A stretch of 64,000 nt of DNA from the NCBI GenBank assembly GCA_016703425.1, contig JADJCA010000011.1:122050-186049 (forward strand), written 5' to 3'. This document shows, in pieces, positions 8,813 to 18,001 of the stretch (positions within the stretch are counted from its first letter, which is position 1; every line of letters starts with the position of its first letter). Source of the stretch: Myxococcales bacterium. GTDB lineage: Bacteria; Myxococcota_A; Polyangia; Polyangiales; Polyangiaceae. Made by a program: the position numbers and the translations under genes. Below the pieces are notes generated by a model. That model was not told the origin of the DNA and searched no databases. It saw only the letters and a list, made by a program, of their open reading frames with translations.

Positions 8813-11461
8813 ATGAACCTCACTCGAATCCTCTTCGGCGTCACGGCCTTCGGCCTCATCGCGTGCACCAACGGGTGCTCGTCGACGGGCGACGACAGCG
8901 AAGAGAGCGACGACGCGCTCACGACGAGCCAGCCAGGCCAATGGGTCGTGGACCTGAAGAAGGTCGCGCTGCCCACGGACCGCGGCGGCTACGGTCGCTC
9001 GTCGCAGCTGTTCTTCGGCCTCGGGCCTGCCGAGTACCTGTGCAAGCCGGGCGAGCCCGCCGAGCAGTGCGCGCAAAAGCCCGCCTTGTGGGACCAGACG
9101 TTCCGCTTCGGCCCGGTCGCTGATGAAGCCGGCGTGGCGTTTCGAAAGCCCTTCGCGAACGACAAGGAGAACCCCGTCGTCAAGACCGCCGACGGCAAGA
9201 TCACCGGCCCGAAGGGCAAGGGGCTCAACATCATCCCGCTGCTCAAGAACACCGACCCGACCAAGCAGGTCTACCTGCGCCAGTGGCTAAAGAACGGCGA
9301 CGTGCTCGCGTTCTTCCACCCCGAGCAGTCGAGCATGCGCAACCTGATGGACCGTCGCGTGAGCCACGTGGCCATGCACTACGACTACAAGAGTCCGCTC
9401 AACGGCAAAGAGTACGTCCACCACATCGACAACCCGAACAACTACGGCCCCCGCTACAACTACCCGCCGAGCCGGAACATGCCGTTCCACGTCTTCCGGT
9501 TCCAGCCCAAGGGCATGGACGCGAAGAAGGCCGAGGCCTACGCGCTCGCGGCCCGCAACTGGGCCTTCTTGAACGACGACCTCTCGCCCTTCGCGGACTT
9601 CTTCGACCTTCAACTTCAGACGCAGCGCGACCTCAAGACGAAGTTCGTCGACAAGCTCCTCGCGGGCAGTGAGTCGGCGGAGGTCTATTGCTCCGGTCTC
9701 GCCTTCACGAACCTCAACCTGGGGACGAATCACCCGCTTAAGCCGGGCCTTCTGACCAAGGAATACAAGCGCGGCGAGACGGGCGAAACGTTCGCGCCTG
9801 GCGATTGCCAGAGCGGCAACGAGGACAAGTGCGTGCTCGCTCCGGCCAAGCTCGGTGGCGTCGAGGTCGCGTCGCTCGAGAGCCGAAACAAGCTCGTGGT
9901 GAACCCTTACACGACGGGCGAGCTTGCCACCCAGTGGCTCGACAACACCTACGGCGAGTTGCCGCTCGAAAAGCGGGCCGAGATCGCCGCAAAGCCGGAG
10001 ACCCAACAGCAGCTGGCCCAAGGCCTCTACAACGTTCAGTGGAGCGACGGCGACGGCAAGCCTGGCGACGCGGCGGCCACGGCGCCGCCGGCGGTGACCG
10101 CGACCGAGAACCTCAAGGCCTGGGGCGACGCCTACGGCGCAACGCTCGCGTGGAGCAAGGCCATGAAGGCCGGCGACCAAGCGGCCGCCGCTCTGGCGAC
10201 GCAGGCCTTCGTCGACGCTCATCAATTGAAGGCGAAGAGCGGCGAAGTGCTCGGCCTCGCGCAGCTCATCGAGAAGCATAACGCGGCGGTGCCGACGGGC
10301 GACGACGCCGAGAAGTGGATCGCCGTCGACGCGGCGAAGATGTCCGCGGCGCAGATCCTGAGGGCACTTGAGATCGCCCACGTCACCAACCGCTACGTGC
10401 CGCCGCGTATGTGGCTCGATACGGCCGACGACCACACGTTCTTGCCCAGCGGCTTCGACCCGCGCACCGAGAGCAAGGGCGACATGGTCTACGTGGGCAC
10501 GGTCATCAACTGCGAGCTCTTGGCCGCCACCGACGGCTCGTCGAAGGACGCGTGCGCGGTCGACGGCGCCGGCGTCGGCGCAGGCTCCGATCAGTTCAGC
10601 GAAGGCGGCGCCGACACGAGCACCTACGCGCACTACGCCGTGGCGAACGGCGCCGAGCGAACGCACCGACGCTTCGACGCTAGCACCGGACCCGAGCTCA
10701 TGGGGAAGGGAACCAAGATCACCGTCCGCGCCACGAGCTTCGAGATGAAGGACGTGAAGTTCCTTCTGCACACGCCCGATCTCTACGCCGAGGGCTTTCC
10801 TCAACACGTCAACGAACTGTTCGGGGCCCTTCCGCCCGAGGCGCTCCCCGCCGACGCCCGGCAAGCGGGCCTCCCAGCCCTCAGCGTCCGCGACTACGAC
10901 ACCGCGTGCACGGCCATGAACAAGGTCGCGAGAGCCCAACAGCGCCGCGGCTCCTGCGCGCCAAAACGCGCCATCGTGCTCGACGTCTCGAAGTCCGCTG
11001 AGGTCGCTCGCCGCGACGCGCGCGCCACCGCATCGGGCCCGGTCCCCGACGCCGTGTACACCTTCGACCTCACGAAGGTGTGCCGCATCACGAGCCACAC
11101 GGCGCGCACGATGAAGTGCCCCGTCGTCTCCCAGAAGGCCGACGGCTCAGGGTGGGACTTCGCCAACGTCAAGGACGTGGAGGTCAGCCGCTCGACCCAC
11201 GGGCTGGTGTCGACGACGATGGTCGACGTTGGCGCCACGGCGACCGGCCAAGCGCCTCAAGTCGATGCGTCGAACGCAAACAGCGAGCGCGACCAGCGCT
11301 CCTACGGCCTCTGCGCGGCCTGCGACGCCGGCGGCGGGCACTTCAACCAGTGGACCATCTCGATCCAGAACGAGGCGATCGCGACGCCGGCGCCCAATCC
11401 GACGCCAACGCCGACGCCCCCGCCGCCGCCGCCGGTTAACCCGTCGACGCCGGGCAAGTAG
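8813..11461 (+). CDS. large secreted lipoprotein (882 aa) with a Pro/Thr-rich C-terminal tail; function unknown
   Basis: Start at ATG 8813 gives MNLTRILFGVTAFGLIACTNGC (signal plus lipobox). Continuous high-GC3 frame to TAG 11461. C-terminus ATPAPNPTPTPTPPPPPPVNPSTPGK. No catalytic family recognised. Confidence 0.65.
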   Translation: MNLTRILFGVTAFGLIACTNGCSSTGDDSEESDDALTTSQPGQWVVDLKKVALPTDRGGYGRSSQLFFGLGPAEYLCKPGEPAEQCAQKPALWDQTFRFGPVADEAGVAFRKPFANDKENPVVKTADGKITGPKGKGLNIIPLLKNTDPTKQVYLRQWLKNGDVLAFFHPEQSSMRNLMDRRVSHVAMHYDYKSPLNGKEYVHHIDNPNNYGPRYNYPPSRNMPFHVFRFQPKGMDAKKAEAYALAARNWAFLNDDLSPFADFFDLQLQTQRDLKTKFVDKLLAGSESAEVYCSGLAFTNLNLGTNHPLKPGLLTKEYKRGETGETFAPGDCQSGNEDKCVLAPAKLGGVEVASLESRNKLVVNPYTTGELATQWLDNTYGELPLEKRAEIAAKPETQQQLAQGLYNVQWSDGDGKPGDAAATAPPAVTATENLKAWGDAYGATLAWSKAMKAGDQAAAALATQAFVDAHQLKAKSGEVLGLAQLIEKHNAAVPTGDDAEKWIAVDAAKMSAAQILRALEIAHVTNRYVPPRMWLDTADDHTFLPSGFDPRTESKGDMVYVGTVINCELLAATDGSSKDACAVDGAGVGAGSDQFSEGGADTSTYAHYAVANGAERTHRRFDASTGPELMGKGTKITVRATSFEMKDVKFLLHTPDLYAEGFPQHVNELFGALPPEALPADARQAGLPALSVRDYDTACTAMNKVARAQQRRGSCAPKRAIVLDVSKSAEVARRDARATASGPVPDAVYTFDLTKVCRITSHTARTMKCPVVSQKADGSGWDFANVKDVEVSRSTHGLVSTTMVDVGATATGQAPQVDASNANSERDQRSYGLCAACDAGGGHFNQWTISIQNEAIATPAPNPTPTPTPPPPPPVNPSTPGK

Positions 11462-11467
11462 ATCGAA

Positions 11468-11506
11468 AAGCTCGCCGAGGTTCGTCCTCGGCGAGCTTCT
11501 TTTTCC
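11468..11506. terminator. Rho-independent terminator hairpin between convergent genes
   Basis: AAGCTCGCCGAGG-ttcgt-CCTCGGCGAGCTT is a perfect 13-bp stem (11468-11480 / 11486-11498) followed by cTTTTTcc. It lies 7 nt after the TAG of the 8813 gene and 73 nt beyond the stop of the convergent 11579 gene. Confidence 0.6.
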
Positions 11507-11578
11507 TGGTGAAGTCAGCGTGGCGCGAACCAGCGCGCAACATGAGCCCCGCCATGCGCGAAGGCGCGCGACTTGCGA

Positions 11579-12001
11579 TTACTGAAGGGCCACGAGCTCG
11601 TCGCGACTCTTGACGACCTCGTCGTGGATCTCGACGAGCACCGCGCGCACGGAAGCCGACCATTCGCCCGTGAGGGCCGTCGCGAAACGCGACTCGAGCC
11701 GGGCCTGCGAAGCTTTGCACGCGGTGAGCACGTCGCCGGCGTTGGGCCCGGCCGCGAACATCATGGCACTCACGCGAGCTGCCCGGACTTCGCCAAGAAA
11801 CGACGCGCGAGCGCCCGGCACGCCACGAAGGGTGCGGCCCGCTTGCTGGAGCTCGGAGACGAAGTGGACGCGGCGTCGCGCGAGGCGCGCGAGCGGTGCG
11901 CGGCGCGATGGATCGAGTCGCTCGCCGCGGTCGAGCATGTGCTCGTCGTCGACACACGCCCGAAGGAGTGTGCGGAGTTGCCGGTTCATTGATTGCGCCA
12001 T
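11579..12001 (-). CDS. hypothetical protein (140 aa)
   Basis: Chosen over the antisense ORF 11573..11992 because codon-position GC is gene-like in this frame (GC1 about 77% > GC2 about 53%, GC3 high). An AAAGG Shine-Dalgarno sits 9 nt upstream of ATG 12001. The terminator hairpin lies downstream. No family recognised. Confidence 0.45.
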   Translation of the reverse strand: MAQSMNRQLRTLLRACVDDEHMLDRGERLDPSRRAPLARLARRRVHFVSELQQAGRTLRGVPGARASFLGEVRAARVSAMMFAAGPNAGDVLTACKASQARLESRFATALTGEWSASVRAVLVEIHDEVVKSRDELVALQ

Positions 12002-12672
12002 GCGAGTCGACCTTTCGTGGTGACTCGACGCGCGCGCTCTTGCGCGGGTTCATTGGAGCCGACCGCCGGCCCGCGCTCTCGCGCTCGACGGTCGGAAGGG
12101 AACATAGGCACGCTCCGCCGATCTCGCCTGAACATTCGCAGAAATCGTGACGCCGGGCTCCGCGCGAGGGCCGCCCATGCCCCGTCTCCGCGCGGAAAGC
12201 TTGCGGATCGAGGGCGATCCAAAGCCAGGCGCCGCCGGAGCTGTACCGCCGCGCTCCCACCGTGTGACACGACAGGCGACACGTCTGGCTGAGCCGGGCG
12301 CGAGTGGCGCTTTTTTCGTGTTTGCGCTCGTTTCGTCGGAGGTATTCCCGATCCATCCTCGGGCAGGCTCGGCCCGCTCCGGCGGCCGATTCTTCGGCAG
12401 ATCCGGCGCCGCGTCGTTGGCACCGTCCCTGCTCAGACCAAAGACATCATGAGCAGAGAGCTCCCGGACCTTGCACTCCTACGGCGACTCCGCGCCGGTT
12501 TGAGTGCCCACGAGCCAACGGTAACGGTCAGACCCATTGTGGTCGGGCGTGGTTACAACGCGTCCCAAAAGATGCGTGAAGACCTCGAGCTCATGGCCTG
12601 GTCGCTCTCGCGCTCCGGGCTCTTGCCCTGGTAGGGAGTCGACGCGAGACCCGCGCGCGAGAACGCCGGGCG

Positions 12673-14235
12673 CTAAAACGCGACGCCGGCGCCGACCGCA
12701 GCCCCGATCGTAAAACGCGGCTCGGTCCCCGAAGTCGTCGGCACGAGCAGCGAAGCGCCATCGGCACCAACGCTCATGAAGAGCGGGCCTGCAACGCGCC
12801 AGGAAGCACGGAGCAGCGCGCCAAGCCCGGCGCCGACGGCGCTCTTCGACTCGGATGTGACGAGCCCCGCAGCGGAGGCGCGCTCCGCGTCGATGCGCTC
12901 GAGGCGCTGGCCAATCCACTCCAGGACAGGTCCACCACCGGCGCGAAGCGTGATCGGCCCGATGGCGCCGCGCCACTCGATGTTGAGCGAAGCGCCCGCG
13001 GTCTTCTCGTCGACGCGTCGGGCCGCCGTATCCATGCGGCCGACGGCGCCGTGTACGCCCACGCCCATGGCCCAACCGTCGAAGCGCCGGTGGTAACGCA
13101 AGAAGCCTCGCTGGACGAGCCCCAACTCGAGCTGCACCGCCGGTGCGTAGAGCGCTTCGAGCTCATTCGGAGAAACGATGACGGCCCCGCCCTTCTGCGC
13201 CAGCGTCTCGAGCGCGACATCTCGAAAGTCCGACGGTCCAAGGGTGCGCTCCTCGCCGCGACCGAGCGTGACCTCGGCCGCACCGCCGCGCCCCGCCGCG
13301 CGACGTTGGACCACGTAAGCACCGGGGGCGAGCGCGAGGGAGACGCGACGATCGGCGGCGCTCCAGGCCTCCGAGAGGACGCGGCGCGAGCGGGGCTCGT
13401 AGACCAGGTATTGCGCGTCGGCGACTTGTGGGAGCACGAGCCGCGCCGTCATCGGCGTTGGCGTGGTCAGCACGACGGGCCCCGTTTCGCGGAGGTCGAG
13501 CTGCGCTGTGGGCCTTTGGAGCACGCCCGAGGCGCGCGCCGACCGAAAGAGCGTCTGGTGGTACGCGTAGTCGTAAGCCTCGGCCAGCGTCACGCGCCGA
13601 TCGGAGTCGGCGTCGGCGGCGCCGCGCAGGCCGCTCAACCAGTAGTGCGTAAAGACGCCTCCGCCCAGCTCGCGAGACTCTTGCGCCGGATCGCCCTCCG
13701 ACGACGCGTGGATCCACACCGTGCCGACGGCCGCGCCGGTGCCGTCGGGCAGCGCGACGGCGAAGGGCGCGTCTTGGCTCATGCCCTTTTCGCGTGTGTC
13801 ATCGTTGCGGCACGCGTCGAGGACCACGACGCGGAGGGCCGCCGGCACCTTGGCGACGCGGGCCGCTAGGTCCGACACGGCCATCGTCTCGGCAGCCAAA
13901 TGCAGGCGTTCGCGATCGCCGTGACCGCTGAAATAGAAGACGAGGCTCACCTCGTCGGGGCGCCGCGCTTGAGCCATCACGCGGGCCCGCTCGAGCGCCG
14001 CCGCGAGCTGGGCGCCGGTGGGCTCGTCGAGAAAGATGGCCGCGTCGGGGCGAACGCCGCCGATCTGACGAAAGACCTCCGAGACGCGCATCGCGTCGTC
14101 GCGTGCATACTGCAAAGGACGCTCGCTGGGCGCGCCGTAGCGGTGCCCCGCCGCGACGAGAATGCGCAGCGGCTCACCGTGCGCTGGAGACGCGACGAAG
14201 AGCCCTGCGAGCAGGCCTGCCGCGACGCGCTTCAT
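12673..14235 (-). CDS. caspase-domain (peptidase C14 / orthocaspase-like) secreted protein with a C-terminal beta-barrel-like domain
   Basis: Signal peptide MKRVAAGLLAGLFVASPAHG. His-Gly in SLVFYFSGHGD and Cys in VVVLDACRND form the caspase catalytic dyad. About 270 C-terminal residues rich in alternating hydrophobics end in ...GAAVGAGVAF, an OMP-like C-terminal Phe signature. The ATGA overlaps the stop of the upstream anti-sigma gene. Confidence 0.75.
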   Translation of the reverse strand: MKRVAAGLLAGLFVASPAHGEPLRILVAAGHRYGAPSERPLQYARDDAMRVSEVFRQIGGVRPDAAIFLDEPTGAQLAAALERARVMAQARRPDEVSLVFYFSGHGDRERLHLAAETMAVSDLAARVAKVPAALRVVVLDACRNDDTREKGMSQDAPFAVALPDGTGAAVGTVWIHASSEGDPAQESRELGGGVFTHYWLSGLRGAADADSDRRVTLAEAYDYAYHQTLFRSARASGVLQRPTAQLDLRETGPVVLTTPTPMTARLVLPQVADAQYLVYEPRSRRVLSEAWSAADRRVSLALAPGAYVVQRRAAGRGGAAEVTLGRGEERTLGPSDFRDVALETLAQKGGAVIVSPNELEALYAPAVQLELGLVQRGFLRYHRRFDGWAMGVGVHGAVGRMDTAARRVDEKTAGASLNIEWRGAIGPITLRAGGGPVLEWIGQRLERIDAERASAAGLVTSESKSAVGAGLGALLRASWRVAGPLFMSVGADGASLLVPTTSGTEPRFTIGAAVGAGVAF

Positions 14236-14990
14236 GGCCGCGCCGCGCCAAAGGGGATCACCCGCAGGCCGTCCGCCGCCGCCGGATTGCGAGAGAGGCG
14301 CACCCGCGCGACCGCTTCCGGAGCGCCGACCACGATGTGTCCCGAGGGGGGCGCGTCATCGAAGCGCAGGGAAAATTCCGAAAAGAACGTGCCGCCATCA
14401 AAGAGCGAGGCCTCGATGAGCGGCACCCAGGTACCGTCTTCGGCGAGGGCCCCGGCGGCGAGCGGCGTGGGCCCTTCAAGGGCAACCTCGAGGCGAAGCC
14501 GATCTTGCGGCACGACCTCGACGGGACCGACGACGCGTTGCTGCGCGCCGCCGCGCTCGCGGATGAGCGCGACGGCGAAGCCACCCTTGAAGGTCGTCTC
14601 GGGGATCACGCTCGAGGTTCCGCCGCCTGCTGAAGGAGAACTTGCTCGCTGTGAAGGAACGTCGAAGGCGCCGGGCACGCCGCTCTGCGGGCGAAAGACC
14701 AGCAGAAGGAGCGCCGCCGCCGCCAACGGAGCGAGCCCCCAATAGATGCGCGCGCGCAGCACGCGTTCAAACGGCACGACGGAGGGACGCTCGCGGGAGG
14801 CCTTCCGCAGGGTCGCGTCGATGAAGTCGTCGGCGCTCGCGGCTCGAAGGAAGTCCGCGCTCCCCTGTTTGAGCGACGCCACGAAGGCCGCGCACGCCTC
14901 GCAGGCAGCCACGTGCGCCTCGGTGGCCGCGTCAGGCTCTCCGGCAAAGTGCGCTTCGAGGGTGCGCGCCGACGGATGCTCCGCGCTCAT
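14232..14990 (-). CDS. anti-sigma factor (zinc-finger HxxxCxxC type, single TM, periplasmic C-terminal domain)
   Basis: N-terminal EAHVAACEACAAF is a putative zinc-binding anti-sigma motif. TM segment LAPLAAAALLLLVF. Start overlaps the ECF sigma stop by 4 bp (ATGA at 14987-14990); stop overlaps the caspase gene start. Confidence 0.65.
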   Translation of the reverse strand: MSAEHPSARTLEAHFAGEPDAATEAHVAACEACAAFVASLKQGSADFLRAASADDFIDATLRKASRERPSVVPFERVLRARIYWGLAPLAAAALLLLVFRPQSGVPGAFDVPSQRASSPSAGGGTSSVIPETTFKGGFAVALIRERGGAQQRVVGPVEVVPQDRLRLEVALEGPTPLAAGALAEDGTWVPLIEASLFDGGTFFSEFSLRFDDAPPSGHIVVGAPEAVARVRLSRNPAAADGLRVIPFGAARP

Positions 14991-15484
14991 GACGCCGCCG
15001 CGGCACGGGCCGCCCTCTCTTTGAGTGCCGAGAGGCGCTTGTGGATCGCGGGCTGACTCACGCCTAGCTCGGCCGCGAGTTCCGTCTGGGTGAGGCCATC
15101 GACGTAAGCGAGCACGGCGAGCTCCTGTTCGTGGTCGTCGAGGCGACTGAGCACGCGAAGCGCGAGGTTTCGGGCTTCGTGGTCGACCCCCGGCGGCGCC
15201 GGGACGTCAACGGCGTCGTCGTCGAGCGGTGCGCTCGCTCGTTCGCGCCGATTGCGTCGCATCTGATCGAAACACGTTCGATCGGTGACGCGTTTGAGCC
15301 AAGAGAGCGGCTTTGCCGCGTCGCGCACGCCGGCGCCGCTTCGGAGCAGTTTCACGAAGACCTCCTGCAGCGCGTCGTCGGCGCCGGCCTTGTCGCGCAA
15401 GAGCGTCGTGCATCGCCGGTGCAGCAGAAAGCCGTACCGGCGATACAGATCGGTGAGCTCGTCACGGGTGAGGCCTTCGTCCAC
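14987..15484 (-). CDS. ECF (sigma-70 family, group IV) RNA polymerase sigma factor
   Basis: Region 2 (LTDLYRRYGFLLHRRCTTLLRDKAGADDALQEVFVKL) and region 4 HTH (ELAVLAYVDGLTQTELAAELGVSQPAIHKRLSALKERA) are both recognisable. Confidence 0.8.
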   Translation of the reverse strand: MDEGLTRDELTDLYRRYGFLLHRRCTTLLRDKAGADDALQEVFVKLLRSGAGVRDAAKPLSWLKRVTDRTCFDQMRRNRRERASAPLDDDAVDVPAPPGVDHEARNLALRVLSRLDDHEQELAVLAYVDGLTQTELAAELGVSQPAIHKRLSALKERAARAAAAS

Positions 15485-15513
15485 GGTGGCGCGGCGAGCA
15501 TACTCTCACCGGG

Positions 15514-16649
15514 TCAGGGGGAAACGCAGGGCCAGTTGGCGGGCACCGGCGAGGGGCGCGAAACGACGGTCGTGTCGCAAACGACGCGGTCGCCGCAGAG
15601 GTTCTGCGAGTTCTCGCACGGCGTGTAGCTGAAGCTCGAGCCGTCCGCCTTGCAGTAGAGGCGCGGACTCCCGGCCGGCGGGTAGTAAGTCGAACCGTTG
15701 CCGTTCACGCCACCCATGGCGACCGCCACGCCCATCGAGCCTCCCTGCCCCTGGCACATGAACTCCGTCAATTTCGGCGACGCCGTAAGGGGCAACGTGA
15801 AGAGCGCGTCGATGGCGTGAACCTGCGGCTCGCCGCTGGTGCACTCGCGCGTCGGCATCGGGACGGGCGCGCCGGCGCCCGCGTCAGTGCGCACATCGGT
15901 CGCTTCGCCGCCGACCTCACCGCGCGTGCAGACGTCGCTCGGCAGCGAGAGCTGACTGAAGCCCTTGGGGATCGAGAGCTGCGCGAAATCCGTGCCCGCG
16001 GGCGCCACACCTTCGGCGTAGACCACGTAGAGATCTTCGTTCACCCCCACGACGCGATCGACCGCCGTGGTGGCCTTGTCGTCGAGCAAGTCTAGGATGC
16101 CGTTGCCGTTCAAGTCCTCGTAGGCGACCAGTGTCCCGATGGCGATGCGGAAGGGATCGCCAGGGAGCGCCGGCCGGAGATCACTCTGCGGGCGCACGCC
16201 GCCGCCGCTCGGAGGCGCGGGCGTCGGCGAGGGGACGCCCCCCGCGCTGGGCGGTGCGTCGTCGCAAAGCGCCGAGGCCGGCGGCGCGGCCGCGCCGCTG
16301 CTGGGATCGTAGCCGGGACTGCACTCGCTGGGCTTGTTGACCTTGCCGGGAGCGCGCATCGCGTCGAGAGGAGGAAGGGCCCTTACGTCGAGCTTGAACT
16401 GCGACGGAAACACCGGCTGCACGGGAACGTCTTGCGAGACGCGAACGCCTCCGCCTCGCCGCCCCACACGATGGCGACGCGCATGTTGGCGCCAGCCGCA
16501 TACCCCTCGGGGTTCGCCAACTGCCCACGGATCGTGGCGATGATCGGGGCCTGAGCCGGATCGCCATCGAGCTGGCCACAACCGGAGGCGAAGCCCGCGA
16601 GTGCGACGAGGGACGCGAGGGCCAACGAGGACGAGATGACATTGCGCAT
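15514..16649 (-). CDS. secreted Cys/Pro-rich lipoprotein, apparently disrupted by a frameshift near 16440
   Basis: A good lipoprotein N-terminus (MRNVISSSLALASLVALAGFASGCG, ATG at 16649) reads to a stop at 16383. The protein-like body (VSQDVPVQPVFPSQFKLDV... through CVSP*) continues in the -1 frame, starting within the same nucleotides. The 355-aa track ORF 15514..16581 has an Arg/Trp-rich junk N-terminus. This is either a pseudogene or a sequencing indel. Confidence 0.5.
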
Positions 16650-16943
16650 GAAAGCCTCAAGTGGCGCCGCCGACGTCCTTGAACGACGGGGCGCGAAGCA
16701 TGGCCCAGTCCCGCGGTGGCGCAAGGCCAGGGCGAAAACGGGCGGTTATTTGCGGAGCGCCTTTGCGTGAAGTGCGGGCGGCGCCGACATCCACGAAGAC
16801 GCCGGTGGTGGCGGCCGCGATAACCAAAATCGACACGTCCTCGAAAGAAACTACGACGCCGCGCGCGCCGCGGTGATTTCGTCGCGCCTTTGCTTGGGAG
16901 GCCCCGTTGTTTCGGGGCGAGGAAGGCCGTAAAGAGCGTGGCC

Positions 16944-17957
16944 ATGACCATTTTCGACCTTCGTGTTTCCGCCCTCGCCGCCTTGGCCCTTGCTTCGCTC
17001 GCATGCGGTGCCGAACCGCCGACCCCCGCAGCTCCCCCGCCCCCGGCCGTGCCAAGTGCGCCCACCCCGCCGGCGCCGGTGGCCACGACGGCGCCCGCCG
17101 CGGCGACGCCCGCCGCGCCGCCCGCACCGGAAGCGCCGAAGGCTCCCACGCCGGCCCTCCGCTACACCGGCTTTGCGACCCCCGAGAGCGTCCTTCACGA
17201 CGAGGCTCGCGATCGCTACTTGGTCACGAACATCAACGGCAAGCCCGTCGACGCCGACAACAACGGCTTCATCAGCGAGCTGTCGCCCGAGGGCAAGGTC
17301 ACCACGCTGAAGTGGATCGAGGCGGGCAAGAACAAGGTCACGCTGAACGCGCCCAAGGGCATGGCGATCGTGAAGGACGTTCTCTACGTGGCGGACCTCG
17401 ACACGGTGCGGATGTTCGACGCGAAGAGCGGCGCCCCGAAAGGCGAGGTCAAGATCGCCGGCGCGACGTTCCTGAACGACGTGGCGGCCGCGGACGACGG
17501 ACGCATCTTCGTGTCCGACTCAGGCATCAAGATGGAAGGCTCGGAGTTCGTCGGCACCGGCACCGACGCTGTATGGATCATCGAGAAGGGCAAAGCCAAG
17601 GTCCTCGCCAAGGCCGCTGAGCTCTCGCGCCCCAACGGTCTCTTGGTCGACGGCAAGACGGTCATCGTCGTTCCCTTTGGCTCGAACGAGATTTACCGCC
17701 TCGACGAGAAGGGCAAGAAGGCCGACATGACGAAGCTGCCGAAGGGCGGCTTCGATGGCGTCGCCAAGCTCGGCGACGCGCTCCTCGTCTCAAGCTGGGA
17801 AGGTAGCGCCGTCTACAGGGGCAAGCTCGGCGGCACCTTCGAAGTCGCGCTCCCGGGACTCAAGGCGCCGGCGGATTTCGGCTACGACAAGAAGCGCGGC
17901 CGTGTGCTCGTGCCCCGCTTCATGGAAGACGCCGTCGAAGCCTACGACATGAAGTGA
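16944..17957 (+). CDS. lipoprotein with a Pro/Ala-rich linker and a beta-propeller (SGL/NHL/strictosidine-synthase-like) domain
   Basis: ATG 16944 gives MTIFDLRVSALAALALASLAC (lipobox). An approximately 50-aa PAPPAP linker follows, then repeated Y-L-V-T-N / D-G-x-I-F-V-S-D blade motifs. The TTG at 16890 used by the track is an over-extension. Confidence 0.6.
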   Translation: MTIFDLRVSALAALALASLACGAEPPTPAAPPPPAVPSAPTPPAPVATTAPAAATPAAPPAPEAPKAPTPALRYTGFATPESVLHDEARDRYLVTNINGKPVDADNNGFISELSPEGKVTTLKWIEAGKNKVTLNAPKGMAIVKDVLYVADLDTVRMFDAKSGAPKGEVKIAGATFLNDVAAADDGRIFVSDSGIKMEGSEFVGTGTDAVWIIEKGKAKVLAKAAELSRPNGLLVDGKTVIVVPFGSNEIYRLDEKGKKADMTKLPKGGFDGVAKLGDALLVSSWEGSAVYRGKLGGTFEVALPGLKAPADFGYDKKRGRVLVPRFMEDAVEAYDMK

Positions 17958-18001
17958 ATGACAAGAGGGGCGGCGACGGACCTCCGCGAGCGAGTCGCGT
18001 C

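Noticed and set aside
11573-11992. 139-aa plus-strand ORF antisense to the 11579-12001 gene
   Set aside because: Shares third codon positions with the minus-strand ORF but has inverted GC1/GC2 (about 53% and 77%). This is the typical shadow frame of a high-GC gene.
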